Shown: positions 50,976-64,000 of the stretch, piece by piece
Numbering within the stretch: the first letter of the stretch is position 1
How the letters are laid out: every line of letters starts with the position of its first letter
Assembly: GCA_964016885.1 (NCBI GenBank)
Contig: OZ024743.1
Location: forward strand, 123,442,001 to 123,506,000
DNA length: 64,000 nt
Reading direction: 5' to 3'
From: Eledone cirrhosa
Taxonomy: Eukaryota
Made by a program: the position numbers and the translations under genes
Notes under the pieces: model-generated
The model's input: only the letters and a program-made list of their open reading frames with translations
Databases searched by the model: none
What the model was told of the DNA's origin: nothing

Positions 50976-53226
50976 ATCTGTGTTGGGAATAAACAGCAAC
51001 AGCAATTAATTTCATATACTTCTATTAATTTTGTGAGATTTGTATTTAGTAGGAGATCGGTATGAAGGGTATTTTAATTCAAAATATTTAACTTATTTAG
51101 TGTTCTAAATAACAACATTTTCCGCCCTACATCTTGATTTTTCCTATCAGTAGAAGTACCATAGCGGGCAAATAGAAGTGATTCGTGAGTAGAATTTAAT
51201 AAGAGTTAAAGGGTTTATAGAATATCATGGAGTGAAACATAATCACCTTATCTATACCGCAGTTAACAGAAGTCAATTCCTCATAAACCTAACGAGTAAA
51301 TACCCAAGGAATAAAACGTGTCCAAAGTTTTATCTCAATTTCATGGAGTAGCTTTTGTTTTGACTTTCTTTATCCTGTGAATTTTTATGTTTAAATTGTT
51401 TTTATATTTGTAATTTTTTTACATTTATACTTATCCCTATCTGATACTATGTGGTGTTTTTAGAACAAATGAAATTCCATTTTCCTGAATATCAAAAATA
51501 ACGGATGCATTTATCTATGCAACAACCACTAGAGTGAAACATATTTATATGTGTCACGTTTAGCTGTTCTCTTTTGTATTCATTTTTCTATTTTTATATT
51601 TTGCATAATAATATAATGTGTATCTTTGCTACTCCGATTTTCTGCCTCAGTGAAGAAAATACTTTCCTCTCAAGGGAACTTGTATTTTTTATAATATGAG
51701 AAATTATTTTTACATCTGCCTTTAAAGTAAACACAAACTGATGTTTGGACAGATTACAAATCTTATGTTATCCCGCCTAGCGCCAAACATTGTTAAATTA
51801 TGCTTATAAAGAGTAAAATTTATGATACATCAGAGATTTTATAGAGAAGTAGACAAAATTATATCATTTCTTGTGTTTACTTAAATAAACAACTAATTCT
51901 ATCTTGTAACATCATATGTGAAATTGTGAGAATATGTAATATGATTTTGTTGTGAATTAACTCATAGACATTATTCAGAACAGATTTCCCTGGTTGGTTT
52001 AGTACCGTTTATAAAGATATAGTTTAATCAGATGTGCAATAATTTTGATAATCCGAAATCAATCTGAGGGTCACTGAGACTTTAAAAACGAGAATGCAGG
52101 TTCACGGGGTAAGAAAAATAAAATCTAACAACTACAATGAATTAAACTATGCAAAATCAACATGTTCAATTATAAATAGTAACATAGGAATGTTTTTAAT
52201 ATTTCATGACAAAAAATAAAAATATCGAGGTTTGAGTTAAATGTTGACAATTTTTGTAAATATGTAATTTAAAATGAAGTAAATTAGCCAAAACAACTAG
52301 TTTCCATTGGAAATCTCATTTCCTTCATGCTTATTGTTAATACCTGACAAACGATCCGGATTGTCAACCATTTGCATGCCTATGATATAATTTTAATGAG
52401 TATGTATAGATAAAGATATTTAATAACAATAGCTTAAACGCTATGGATACGATGCAGGTCACGTCCGTCATCTAGCTTCTATTTCTCTTGCACTTCACTT
52501 CAGCTTCTAAGGAATGAATATCATAGATTACGTTTTACATCCATATAAAACGAAACCCGGTACCTATGTAAGATTAAATATAAATTCTGACACACATCAC
52601 GCTTCTGAGTTCAAATTCCATTAAAATCGACTTAGCCTTACTAACTTCTTTTAGTCACGTAAATAAAAACCAATGAAATGAATGTCTAATGGTTCTGCTA
52701 TACCTTAGCACGTGACAAGAAAACTCTGGTACACAGAAATTTATATATATACGAAAAGACATTCTAAAATTATGTAAGAAGAAAAAAAAACATTTTGCTT
52801 CAGGAAATCATTGAGAGTTTTTGTTTCTATTGTATTATATTCTATTGACAAGATAATACTTGAGTAAATTATCTTGTTTTTGTTCTTTCATTGTTTTTTA
52901 AATTCTTTTTGCTGTTTTTTTATGAAGTTTAACACTTCAGACTGAGCAGAAAATGATCTGCCAATGATTCATTTTCTGCACCATTCAAAAAAAGAAATCT
53001 AAATCTAATTTCTACTCCTTAATTCTGTTATGTTGCCATAGCAGTTGTTCTGAATATTTCTCATAAAATATTGGAGAAGTGAAAACTAGTTATTGCCCTA
53101 AAAACCCAATTTTTTAAAAGTGCTGTTTGCTACTTAAGCAGTAGATTTCTAACAATATTCGACCGATGTATGTTACAGGTAGATATTTTGCTTATTCTAT
53201 ACTTATATGGGAATATATACATATGC

Positions 53227-53288
<62 letters not shown>

Positions 53289-53384
53289 GTGTGTGTATGT
53301 GTGTGTGTGTAAACATGCATATATACATAAATATATATATAAATAAATATATATATATATATACAATATATTAACAAATGGAAT

Positions 53385-53450
53385 TATTTCATTATACATA
53401 TTTCAAGGGCCACCAAGGCAAACTATGGTGCGCTTTCATCAGATAAAATA
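53385..53450 (-). ncRNA. Hammerhead family A
   Basis: Reverse strand: tattttat-CTGATGA-aagcgcacca..tggtggccctt-GAAA-tatgta-TA-atgaaata. Confidence 0.75.
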
Positions 53451-53630
53451 TAATATAGGTTAGTTTTATAAATAAATATTGACATAGCCTGAAAAAATGC
53501 AACCATTTTGGTTTGAATCTCCAGGAGATATATGTAACCATTCTGGTTGGAATCTCCTGGAGATTACAACCAGAATGGTTGCATTTTTTCAGGGTATGTC
53601 AATATTTATTTATAAAACTAACCTGTATTA

Positions 53631-53696
53631 TATTTTATCTGATGAAAGTGCACCATAGTTTGCCTTGGTGGCCCTTGAAATATGTATAATGAAATA
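53631..53696 (+). ncRNA. Hammerhead family A
   Basis: tattttat-CTGATGA-aagtgcacca..tggtggccctt-GAAA-tatgta-TA-atgaaata. Confidence 0.75.
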
Positions 53697-53951
53697 AATA
53701 TGGTTTTATAAATATAGTTTCCATTTCCAATATATTGTATATTTACTCACTCCAATAATTTGTTGAGTGCTTTATATCAGTTATAAAAATATTTTGCTTG
53801 TTGTATCCCAACAAATTAAATATAACCTCTACATATATATATATATCAAAATTAAATGTTGAGTTAAAAACTCACAATAGTCCCTTATAATCAAATTAAC
53901 TCAATGAAAACATATCTGAGTCTTTTTAACACGGTAAAGAAAGACGAACAT

Positions 53952-54007
<56 letters not shown>

Positions 54008-54039
54008 TCAAAGGGACCTGAAATATATGTATGTATATA

Positions 54040-54070
<31 letters not shown>

Positions 54071-54086
54071 GTGTGTGCGTGCGCGC

Positions 54087-54152
<66 letters not shown>

Positions 54153-54321
54153 CTATATATGCTAGTGCGAACACACTATCTTCTAGATAAGGTGCTTGAC
54201 TATGATATCATTGTATTGTATACTCCTATTGTGGATGTAAATAGCAATGGCAACGGCAGTTAACATGGGTCCTGATTTATTTATTTAATAACCGATATAT
54301 TTAATCCTAAATATCAGAACC

Positions 54322-54504
54322 TTAAGCAAACAGTTCTTTAATCTCAGTAGGTGAACGAAGAATGGGTGATAGTAGCAGCTCTCCATTACCACAACAAAAT
54401 CCAAACGCATGATTTTTCCGGGAGCACCTCAAAAGTCTATCATTCAGTACCACAGCTAAAACATTTTTCATACAGCTTTCCCACATGTGAATAGTATATT
54501 TCAA
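54322..54504 (-). pseudogene. Possible old Helitron N-terminal fragment
   Basis: FCCGNGELLLSP..PTEIKELF resembles FCCMNGKVRL..LQELHSLF of the 34146-34850 ORF. Confidence 0.4.
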
Positions 54505-54606
54505 TTACATCTTTGTTTAATCAGCAATTATCTGATACTTCAAAAGTGTCTTGACAATTTAATATAGCTTGTTTGAAGCAAATATTGGTCGTTGTCTAAC
54601 GAAATG

Positions 54607-54647
<41 letters not shown>

Positions 54648-55389
54648 ATATATGTATATATATATGTATATATGTATATATATATACTAGATATATAGAG
54701 TAGGATATATATACAGGTAGAGAAAGACACATACAAATAGAAATATAGAGAGAAGTTGGGAGAAAAAGAGAAAGAGATGGTGAGAGAAATAATTTTGCTG
54801 TTTCTAGTGGATTGATTGATCATGTAGAAGTGTTAAATCATTCAGCTGAATGCATTTTGTTTTTATTAGAAGTAGGCACCTCTACATGGCTCCAGATTCC
54901 TGTTAGAAATACCAGCCAAATCAAATGATTTCGTCTTCTACAGACACTGAATAACAAGGTACTATATATATATACCATTAAAATGACTGTATACATTCCA
55001 GCCATGCATGCATCCGGCCATTATTACTCTGTCCCTTTATGAGTATATCGAGCATTGCATTATTCAGTGTCTCTTTAAAACTATAGAGTGTGATTTGGCT
55101 GTCATCTCTTACCGCTTCATTGACCATGTAGAGCAATCATGGGCAGGGTGCGGTCCGCGAGCCGTATGCGGCCCGTTTGGCTTTCTGAATGGTACGCCTA
55201 ATTTCAAAACTGCCTTGAATTTGTTAGTACTGAGGCGAGCCTTATGATGAGCCATATCCAATGTTGTCCACTGCTCGACAAAGGTTGCCTATGCTTGATG
55301 TAGTCTCCACTTTCGTATGTATGTATATATGTATATATGTATGTATGTATGTATACATGTTTGTTTCTTTGTTTCTTTTTTCCTCAGAC

Positions 55390-55550
55390 TTCTGGTGTCC
55401 TTAGCTTTTGGGACCACCTCCCGACTCAACACTATCAGCCCATAGTTGGTTACCCGTAGGTGTGAGCCTCGTGAGTTGAAATGGCTCTTCCAGCGCGTTT
55501 CCTTCAGCATCCTACTGGGAAACGCCTTCTCTATTCTGTCCGCCGAGTCT
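55390..55550 (+). mobile_element. CRE-like non-LTR element C-terminal fragment
   Basis: EPRELKWLFQRVSFSILLGNAFSIL resembles the QRxSxxxxRGNA terminus of CRE RLE domains. Confidence 0.5.
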
Positions 55551-55855
55551 GCAGGGCGGCCAGCGCATGGGCCCCAATTGCTTATAATAGTGAGAGATGG
55601 GGAGAGCGGGAGAGACGGAGGCAGTAACAGAGGGAGTTTCCTTCCATTGCGTTCCGACCTGGTGTATATGTATATCTTTAGTTACTATTCTTTAGATTTA
55701 AACAGAATTAGATATCATAAACTTTGAATACTTGATATACATACAGAGGAACATATTCATATGGATGCATATATCATATATTAACTATGATTAATTATAG
55801 TTAATATCTTAGAATATATATCTGTACTTAATGCAGTACAATAATAATTAATAAC

Positions 55856-56041
55856 TGTTTCTACTTTTGGCACAAGGCCAGCAATTACCCAGTACATTAC
55901 TGGTACTTTATTTTATCGACCCCGTAAGGATGAAAGGCAAAGTGAACCTCGGCGGGATTTGAACTCAGACCGTAAAGGGACGTAACTATGCTGGAAAGCA
56001 TGGCGTCCGACTCTCTACCGATACTGCCAATGCACCGCCCT
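55856..56041 (-). mobile_element. tRNA-derived SINE with 15-bp TSD
   Basis: TSD ataataattaataac at 55841-55855 and 56042-56056. Confidence 0.9.
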
Positions 56042-56139
56042 ATAATAATTAATAACGAAAGATAAATAGTATATGGATTAAGGGGAGTCACTGCTGTTAT
56101 TTCTATATTTAAGTGAATGTATAGAGGTTGCACATTCAT

Positions 56140-56670
56140 ATGTATGTCCTTCTGGTTTTATAATTTTATAAATTTTTACCAATAGAGGGAGAGAGTCAGT
56201 TTCATAGATACAAGTCACTCAGATTGGAATTAGGTAGTTACGTATGCTTGTGTGCATGCATGCATGTATGATATGGATGTTAATGTATGGATGTTTTGTG
56301 TTATATGTCTGCATGTGCATATGCTTTGCTTCTGTACATGTGTATATGCAGTTATTAGATGCAGAATGTTTGGAATGTTTTACATATTTTTACTGTTCCA
56401 TTAATGGATTGTACTTGTAATTTCCTAACTAGTTGTGTTCTTTCTGTTCCTGTGAAGCCCAGCTTCTCAAGATTTGTATTGAGACAGTTACTAACATACC
56501 CCAGTGCCCCAATAATCATAGGTATAAATCTGAAGGTATAATCAGGGTAAGTATCTGCAGATTTCTCATTAGTTCTGCATAAATATTCTCCTTTTCGCTA
56601 ATCTTTAATATTGGTATCTGCTGGACAGTTCACTGGTCTGTTAGGCTTGTATTTTATTGGGGTTTTTGAC
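56140..56670 (-). mobile_element. Dong/R4 LINE family B 3' fragment
   Basis: Homologous to 61900-62490 (RLE end plus 3'UTR). Confidence 0.8.
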
Positions 56671-56879
56671 TGTATATGTATGTATGTATGTATGTATATA
56701 TATGTATGTATATATGTATGTATGTATGTATTTTTGTATGCATGTACGTGTGTATTTATATATGTATGTGTATGCATGTGTATGCATGTGTATGCATGTA
56801 TGTACGTGTGTATGTATGATTCTATGCATATATGTTCGTATGTATGTATATATGTGTGTATGTATGTATATATTTGAGT

Positions 56880-57110
56880 AAGAAACGTTATTTCACGTTG
56901 CTCCAATCAACTCAGCTGGCAAAAATGAGTTGTACCTGTAATTCGAAGGGTCAGCCTGTCACATTCTGTGTCACACTGAATCTCCCTAAGAAATACGTTA
57001 TGAGTACGTGCGTCTGTCGAATACTCAACCATTTGCATTTTATTTCCACGAGCAGGCTGTTCCGTTGATCGTATCACCTGGAACACTTGTCATCGTAACT
57101 GACTGAGAGC
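56880..57110 (+). mobile_element. SINE body (CORE-like)
   Basis: tttcacgttgctccaatcaactcagctggcaaaaatgagt shared with the 13580 and 48960 regions. Confidence 0.55.
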
Positions 57111-57132
57111 TAGTTTTATGTATGTATGTATG

Positions 57133-60100
57133 TTATCTCTTTCTCTTAATTTCGAGTATATTTGTTTGACCGGCCACCTTCCTGGTGGCAAGGTTGTAAA
57201 AGAAAAGAAATTGTCATCCCTTGAATTGCAGAATGTTTTGCAAATTTTGAAGGTGCCAGCTATCGCAGCCATTTGTAGACTATGAATTAGGGAGCTGCGC
57301 TCTTTGTCCGCAAATCCAAGTTCAGTCATACTTGGGTCCAAGCGGGTTGGTATATAACCCGTAGCTCCAATAATGATGGGTATGAAGCTAAAGGTGTATC
57401 TTGGATACTGGATTTGTAAACTCCTCATCAATGGTCCGTAGATGTCCTCCTTCTCCTGTATTTTTCTGACAACGTTTACATCAAATGTGCAGCTGATCTC
57501 CACAACAGAACACGTTTTCAATGTGTGGTCCCAAACAACAATATCAGGCCGTTTGTGCTTTAATTTGGTGGCAGTTTTTATTTTCAGGTTCCACCAGTAT
57601 TCCTTAGTGCCATCTGTCTCAATATATTCTTCTCGTTTGTTGTTAATTTTGCTTTCCGAAGTGCGTTCCAGATGGCTCTAGCTATCCCATCGTGTCTCAT
57701 GGGGAGGTAGTAGCGACATGACATTCTTTCGCAGCTGGCAACAATGTGGCTTACATCCTCGATCTTTGTTTTAGATAGCCTACATTTAATGTCAGCTGAT
57801 AGCCCTCCCCTTTTGTGCAGCAGATATTTGGTAGGGAGTTCTTGTTCCTGTATTGCATAGAGATATCCTTCAAGGTGTGATGTCAGAAACTTGTCGGAAC
57901 TCCATGACAGGCTTTTTGTGTGGTTTATCCCCTCTATGGTCTGTGTTTTACGTCTAGAGTATCCATGCACAACTCTTTCTGTTAATTGGTCAATTTTTTC
58001 ATCTTGTGTGAACATTGAATAGGATCTTCCGATTTCTCTGGGTGAGAGATTTATATCAGACTTTATTCCATATCTCTCCTCCAGATCAGTGGCTATTCTA
58101 ATGATTTTTTTTTATGCTCATAAACCTGGGCAAGATGGTTGCCAACCTGTTTCCTCTGTTGAAGATGTTGCTTCAGTGTTACTATCCGGGTTTCATATGA
58201 TGTTAATATGGATTTTAGACCCCGGCCACCTTCCTTGCGTGAGAAGTATAGCCTATCCACATTACCATTGATGTTAAAGTTCCCAGTAACACTGAGAAGT
58301 TTGCGAGTTCTAACATCATCTCACTTAGTTCTTGCAATGACCAGTTCAGCAGGCCAAATGTTGGCGTTAGGATTGGCACAACATAAGTATTGTGGGCAAT
58401 GAATTTGTTGTACGCTGACAGTTCTGATGACCATATTTTCTTTACTCTTCTGAGGTATTCAGTTCTGGTTTTCTCCTTGTTTATGGGTCCATCATATTTG
58501 ACATTCTCATCAAGTCCAAGATATCTGTAGTTGACACCTGACTCTAGAGGTTGTATTGTCAGGCTGTTCATCTGTAGATTTCTAGAGGAGGGCACAGCTC
58601 TTCCACGTTTTACTGCCAAATATGCACACTTGGATTCACCAAATTTCATTTTGATGTCTGTTGAAAATTGTGTAATGAGGTCCAATTGTTTCTTGATGTC
58701 ATTGATATTTGGCCCATACAACTTCAGGTCATCAACAAAGAAAAGATGGAAGATACTTCTGGGCCTACTTCTTTGTCCACCTTGTTTTCTGAGTAGTTAA
58801 GATAGTGGATTTAGTGAGAGAACGAAGAGTAGCACTGACAAGCTATCAATGCCCTTCTGGTAATGTATCTTATCAGTCTTAACTTGCTCCTTCTCACCTC
58901 TAAGAATCAAATTGGTGTACCAGTTCTTGGTCAGACGTTCAACAGCAGCTACCAGTGGTTGTGGGACTTTGGCTAACTGTAAAGCCTTAACAATCCACCC
59001 ATGAGGTACACTATCAAATGCTTTTTGATAGTCCAGCCACAACACAGTCATGTTTCTGCGATTCTTTGTTGTTTTTTCTTGAATCATTTTATTAGTTCGT
59101 AGGTGATCTATGCAGCCCCACACCTCCCGCTTTCCACCAGCTTGCTCAGGTGTTGTGATGTTGTTGGTAGCACAGTGATCCTGTAAGAACAGGTTAAGGC
59201 ACCTAGTATATAATTTATACATGATGTTTTGGCAGGCTATTGGGCGGTAATTTTTAGCAAGGGTGATTTGGCTATTTTGGGGAATGAGGAGAGTAGTGGC
59301 AGTTGATAACCATCTGGGCAGTTCTTGTGTGCCTTTAATGGTTTTTGTAAACAGCCGTATGAGATCTTGCCGATAGAAAGGGAAATTCTTCAACCAGTAT
59401 CCTGTTATGAGGTCTGGGCCTGGTGATTTCCTATTCGACATTTTCTGTAGAGCTGTTTCCAGTATTGACCCATCTATGTCATATCGTTTTGTCTGGACAT
59501 GTTGGCAGTAGTCCTGTTCCAGTACTTTTAGCCAATTAGTGTGTCTGTTGAATCCGTCATCCGTTTCCCATACAGATCTCCAGTAGCTCTCAACCTGTTC
59601 TTTTGAAGGGGTGTCATTTACAGAGATTGAGCTTTTGCCTCCGAAGCTGCGATAAACTGATTTAGGATCTCTGGCAAACAATCTATTTAGCACTTGTCGT
59701 TTATGTGCTGTTGACTTATATTTTAGTCTTTCTGTTGTAGCTGTGAGTTGTTGTTTCAACTGGTATAATTTGGAGTTTAAAGTTTTAAATTTTGTATCTC
59801 CAAATCGTCTCTCTAACTTTTTTTTAGGTCTTCCTGGTGTCGTGTGAAGTTGCTCTCTATGTTGCATTTCATAACGACTGCGATGTGTGAGATACTTCGT
59901 CTCAGGGACAGAATTTTGCTTTTTAAATTTCGCATCCACGCTGGTTCAGGCTTTTTGTTTGTATCATGATTGCGTGGTTTTAGATGTGTGTTATATGATA
60001 GCAATGTGACAGCTGAAACATATAACAAAATATTAAGCGTTTCAAATGTCGTTTCTACACCTTTAGATCGTATAGCCTTCAGATAATTGCCAGCTATTTT

Positions 60101-60420
60101 GTTCACCGCTTCCAATTCCAATTTAGTGGGTTCTTTACTGATTCTGGTGTTGTATGGTCTGTCACTCACATTAAGGCTGTGTATCTCTTGAAACATATCG
60201 CCCATATCACTTGTAAGGTGTCCATAAATTTTTGGTGTTCTGTTTGTACAGTAGAGTCATGAATTCCAGCCTCGTTGTTGATGTGGTGACAATTACTACT
60301 AGAGTTAGCCTACCATTCTCGCTGTTCTTCAGTGGAAGTGGGATGGATTTCAGCAAAATTGTTGGTGAGCTGTTCACTGTTAGATTTAGCTGGCCATTCT
60401 CTTTGTCTGTCAGTGGAGGT
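57133..60420 (-). mobile_element. Dong/R4-clade non-LTR retrotransposon A (RT + CCHC + RLE), frameshifted
   Basis: NYRPIAC, WLDYQKAFDSVPH, FVDDLK, YRYLG, KCRL..HIVASC..RHD, KRPDIVVWD..EISC..PIIIGATG. (TATG)n at both ends. Confidence 0.92.
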
Positions 60421-60595
60421 GGGGGGGGGGGGTTGTCTATGTATGCATGTATGTATGTATATATGTATGTGCATATGTATGTATGTGTGTATGTATGTAT
60501 GTATGTATGTATGTATGTATGTATGTATGTATGTATGTATGCATGTATGCATGTGTGTATGTATGAATGTATGTATGTATATATATATGTATGTA

Positions 60596-60975
60596 TGTTC
60601 TTCTGGTTTTATAATTTCACAAAGTTTCGCCAATAGAGAGAGAGTCGGTTTCTAACATAGACACAAGACTCTCTCATTGGAATTTACACAACATCAACTA
60701 GGTAGATATGTATGTATGAATGCATGTGTAGATATGGATGTTATTGTATGTGTGGATGTGTATGTTTTGAGTTGTATGTGTGCATGTGTATATGCTTTGC
60801 ATCTGTATATGTGTATATGCAGTAAATTAGATGCAAAGTTTTGGGAATGTTTTACATATTTTTACTGTTCCATTAATGGATTCTACTTGTAGTTTCCTAA
60901 CAAGTTGTGTTCTGTCTGTTCCTGTGTAGCCTAGCTTCTCAAGATTTGTATTGAGGCAGTTACTAATATGTCCCA
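60596..60975 (-). mobile_element. Dong family B 3'UTR fragment
   Basis: Near-identical to 61900-62265. Confidence 0.8.
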
Positions 60976-61185
60976 GTATAGCCTATCCACATTACCATTG
61001 ATGTTAAAGTTCCCAGTAACACTGAGAAGTTTGCGAGTTCTAACACCCATCTCACTTAGTTCTTGCAATGACCAGTTCAGTAGGCCAAATGTTGGCGTTA
61101 GGATTGGCACAGCATAAGTATTGTGGGCAATGTATTTGTTGTACGCTGACAATTCTGATGACCATATTTTCTTTACTCTTCTGCG
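60976..61185 (-). mobile_element. Internal fragment of Dong family A
   Basis: Close copy of 58246-58455. Confidence 0.85.
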
Positions 61186-61269
61186 GTATGTATGTATGTA
61201 TGTATGTATGTATGTATGTATGTATGTATGTATGTATGTATGTATGTATGTATGTATGTATGTATGTGT

Positions 61270-61670
61270 CAGGTCACCAGTTGGTGCTACTGGTAACATG
61301 TATCCCAGTACAACCTGTCTCATGGTCGGGACGTTGGCGACTAAACTGGCAACCCCACCAAGGTTTCTTGGTGAGGAGGGTGACTTTGGACATCCTGCAG
61401 GACTAAAAACAAAACCTGTCAAAGGGCAAAGGAGCTCTTAAGAGTCAATGGCCATCCAAAATCACCGGGAGAGATGACCCCTTAGCCTTTGTCAAGGCAG
61501 AATTCTAGGAGAAGGAAAACTCTGATATAACACCTGCAGCCCTGATGGTATCCAATGATGTTGACTTGTTCTTCTTTTTGGTAAATATCATCTTGGTTAA
61601 GAGAGTGGGACTGGCTTTGTGCAGTGCCTTTGCTCACTATAAAAGCTTCACGGCACAGGCATTGCTTTAT
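61270..61670 (+). mobile_element. RTE-like 5'UTR repeat next to (TATG)n
   Basis: Homologous to 3882-4400. Confidence 0.5.
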
Positions 61671-61894
61671 ATCTGGAGATCTCTCTGCACTTGTCCTCAC
61701 ATGGTACCATGGGCCCAGAACTATGTGTCAATAATTGTCACAAGTGTAGTGTTTGTACCAGAGTTTTCAAGTCGCTGGCTGGACTAAAACGTCACACTCG
61801 TTCAGCGCATCGGTAGGCGTTCTCCTACATGGATATAAAGTAGTCGCCGTACTCGAAAACGAGTTGGCAGCCACCATGTATGCATGCATGTATG

Positions 61895-63990
61895 TATGTA
61901 TGTTCTCCTGGTTTTATAATTTCACAAAGAGAGAGTCGGTTTCTAACATAGACACAAGACTCTCTCATTGGAATTTACACAACATCAACTAGTTAGATAT
62001 GTATGTTTGAATGGATGTGTAGATATGGATGTTATTGTATGTGTGAATGTGTATGTTTTGAGTTGTATGTGTGCATGTGTATTTGCATTGCATCTGTATA
62101 TGTGTATATGCAGTAAATTAGATGCAAAATGTTTGGAATGTTTTACATATTTTTACTGTTCCATTAATGGATTGTACTTGTTATTTCCTAACTAGTTGTG
62201 TTTCTTCTGTTCCTGTGAAGCCTAGCTTCTCAAGATTTGTATTGAGGCAGTTACTAACATACCCCAGTGCCCCAATAATCACAGGCATAAATCTGAAGGT
62301 GTAATCAGGGTGGAGTATCTGCAGATTTCTCATCAGTTCTGCATAAATGTTCTACTTTTCACTAATCTTTGATATTATATTGGCATCTGCTGGGCAGCTA
62401 ATTTCCACTACTGTGCATGCTTTCCTCTCTCTGTCCCATATCATAATATCTGGTCTGTTATGCCTGCATTTTATTGGGGTTTTTACTGGAACATTCCACC
62501 AGTACTCTTTCATATTATGTACATGGATGTCTTCCAGATTACTGTAGCTTTTAATGTGTTTATTATCGGGGCCATCTTGTTTTTACGAACTGCATTGTAC
62601 AGTGTTTTGGCCACTACATCATGCCTCATAGGTAGATAGTACCGCGATGACATCTTTGGACAGCTGCTGATGACATGGGTGATATCCTCGATGTTAGTTC
62701 TGCAGAGTCTGCACTTGTTACCACATCTTTGTGTTTTGCCTGCATCCCTATCTCTTTTGTGAATCAGGTATTTCGTGCTAATCTCCTGTTCCTGGATTGC
62801 AAAAGCGTATCCTTCAAAGTGGGAGCCAATATAGCGGTTGTTGGTCCAAGATAGACTACTTTCCTTATCTATATTACTCTCACTCTGGAGCTTCCTGGCA
62901 ACATATCCATGCATGATTTTTTGCTGATAGGCATGCAGTTTTTCATCCATGGATTCATTGCGATACTGCTGACTGACATCCCTGGGTGTGAGTTTTTGAT
63001 TATCACACAGGGAATATCTCTCGAGGAGTTCCTTCCCAACTCTCATGATCTTATCTGTTTCATGCAGATAGACTTGCTCGAGAAACGGACTCCTACGCTT
63101 CGAGGTTCGTAGATGTTGTCGGAGAGATATGATGCGACATTCAAATGTTGTCTGGACTGATGTTAGGCCTCTGCCTCCCTCTTACGTTTCAAGTAAAGGC
63201 GGTCTATGTCACTGTTGATGTGGAAGTTTCCGGTGTTGTTCAGTATTTTTCGAGTTCCAACATCAACTGCTCGGATTTCGTCTATCGTCCAAATGAGTAT
63301 TCCAAACGTTGGTGTTAGGACAGGCACAGCAAACACATTGTGAACCACTGTTTTGTTTTTCGCAGAGAGTTCCGATGACCAGATCTTTCTTAATCGGGTG
63401 TAGTATTCCCTGGTTACGCGTTCTTTATTACAGATACCATTATAGGGTATGTTCTCATCTATCATCAGATATCGGTGAAACAGTTCGGCCATTGATGACA
63501 ATGTTGCTAGATTTGGTTTTTGTTTTTCCCCGCTTTACAATCATATATGAGCATTTATCTTGGCCAAATTCCATTCCTATATCCTTTGAGAACGTTTTAA
63601 CCAGGTCAAGATTTTTCTTCATCCCGTCCATGTTCTTGGCATAGAGTTTCAGATCGTCCACAAAGAAATGATGGGTTAGGTTCTTATTTCTGTTCTCCTG
63701 TGTGCCAATGATGTATCCCTCACATTTCTAGAGCAGAAAGGACATGGGGTTTAATGACAAGATGAATAATATCACAGAGAGACTGTCCCCCTGAAATATA
63801 CCCCTGCAATATGTTATTTTATCGGTGAAAATAGAGTCCTCCCTCTCTGTCTTTAACCTTAGGATAGTAGCCAAAGAAGAAGACAGCCTCTCTATGGCTC
63901 TGACAATAATGTCTGGGACATTAGCAGGTTGGAGGGCCTCTATCATCCAAAAGTGGGGAACAGAATCGAAAGCTTTCCTGTAGTCATATT
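61895..63990 (-). mobile_element. Dong/R4-clade non-LTR retrotransposon B
   Basis: DYRKAFDSVPH, GIFQGDSLS, FVDDLKLY, CRLC..HVISSC..RHD, RPDIMIWD. Confidence 0.92.
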
Positions 63991-64000
63991 CCTCCTAAGT

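Larger units (their letters stand above)
53363..53833. repeat. Family A fold-back insertion in (TA)n
   Basis: Arms ~53385-53530 and ~53552-53696 are near-perfect reverse complements. Confidence 0.85.

Overview
Eukaryotic, AT-rich, microsatellite-dense DNA made almost entirely of repeats. The tRNA-SINE types and (TA)n/(CA)n/(TATG)n density suggest an octopus-like cephalopod (inference). No host gene can be supported. Conventional elements: a decayed autonomous Helitron (30.1-36.6 kb), a non-autonomous Helitron, a Chapaev3-type DNA transposon, two deleted mariners, Dong/R4-type LINEs, RTE and CRE fragments, SINEs, and three Penelope-like (GIY-YIG, Naiad-like) fragments. The main hidden signal is RNA-level. 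Folding by eye gives more than 20 type I hammerhead ribozyme (HHR) motifs from about 10 unrelated repeat families. Nearly all sit in (TA)n-flanked, head-to-head inverted insertions. The best case is a 591-bp near-identical tandem unit (two arrays, 11 complete HHRs) with a compensatory U3-A8 core (UUGAUAA), a branched stem II and a GUC site. It looks like a young retrozyme (circRNA-based, Penelope-mobilised). All folds were done manually and are untested.
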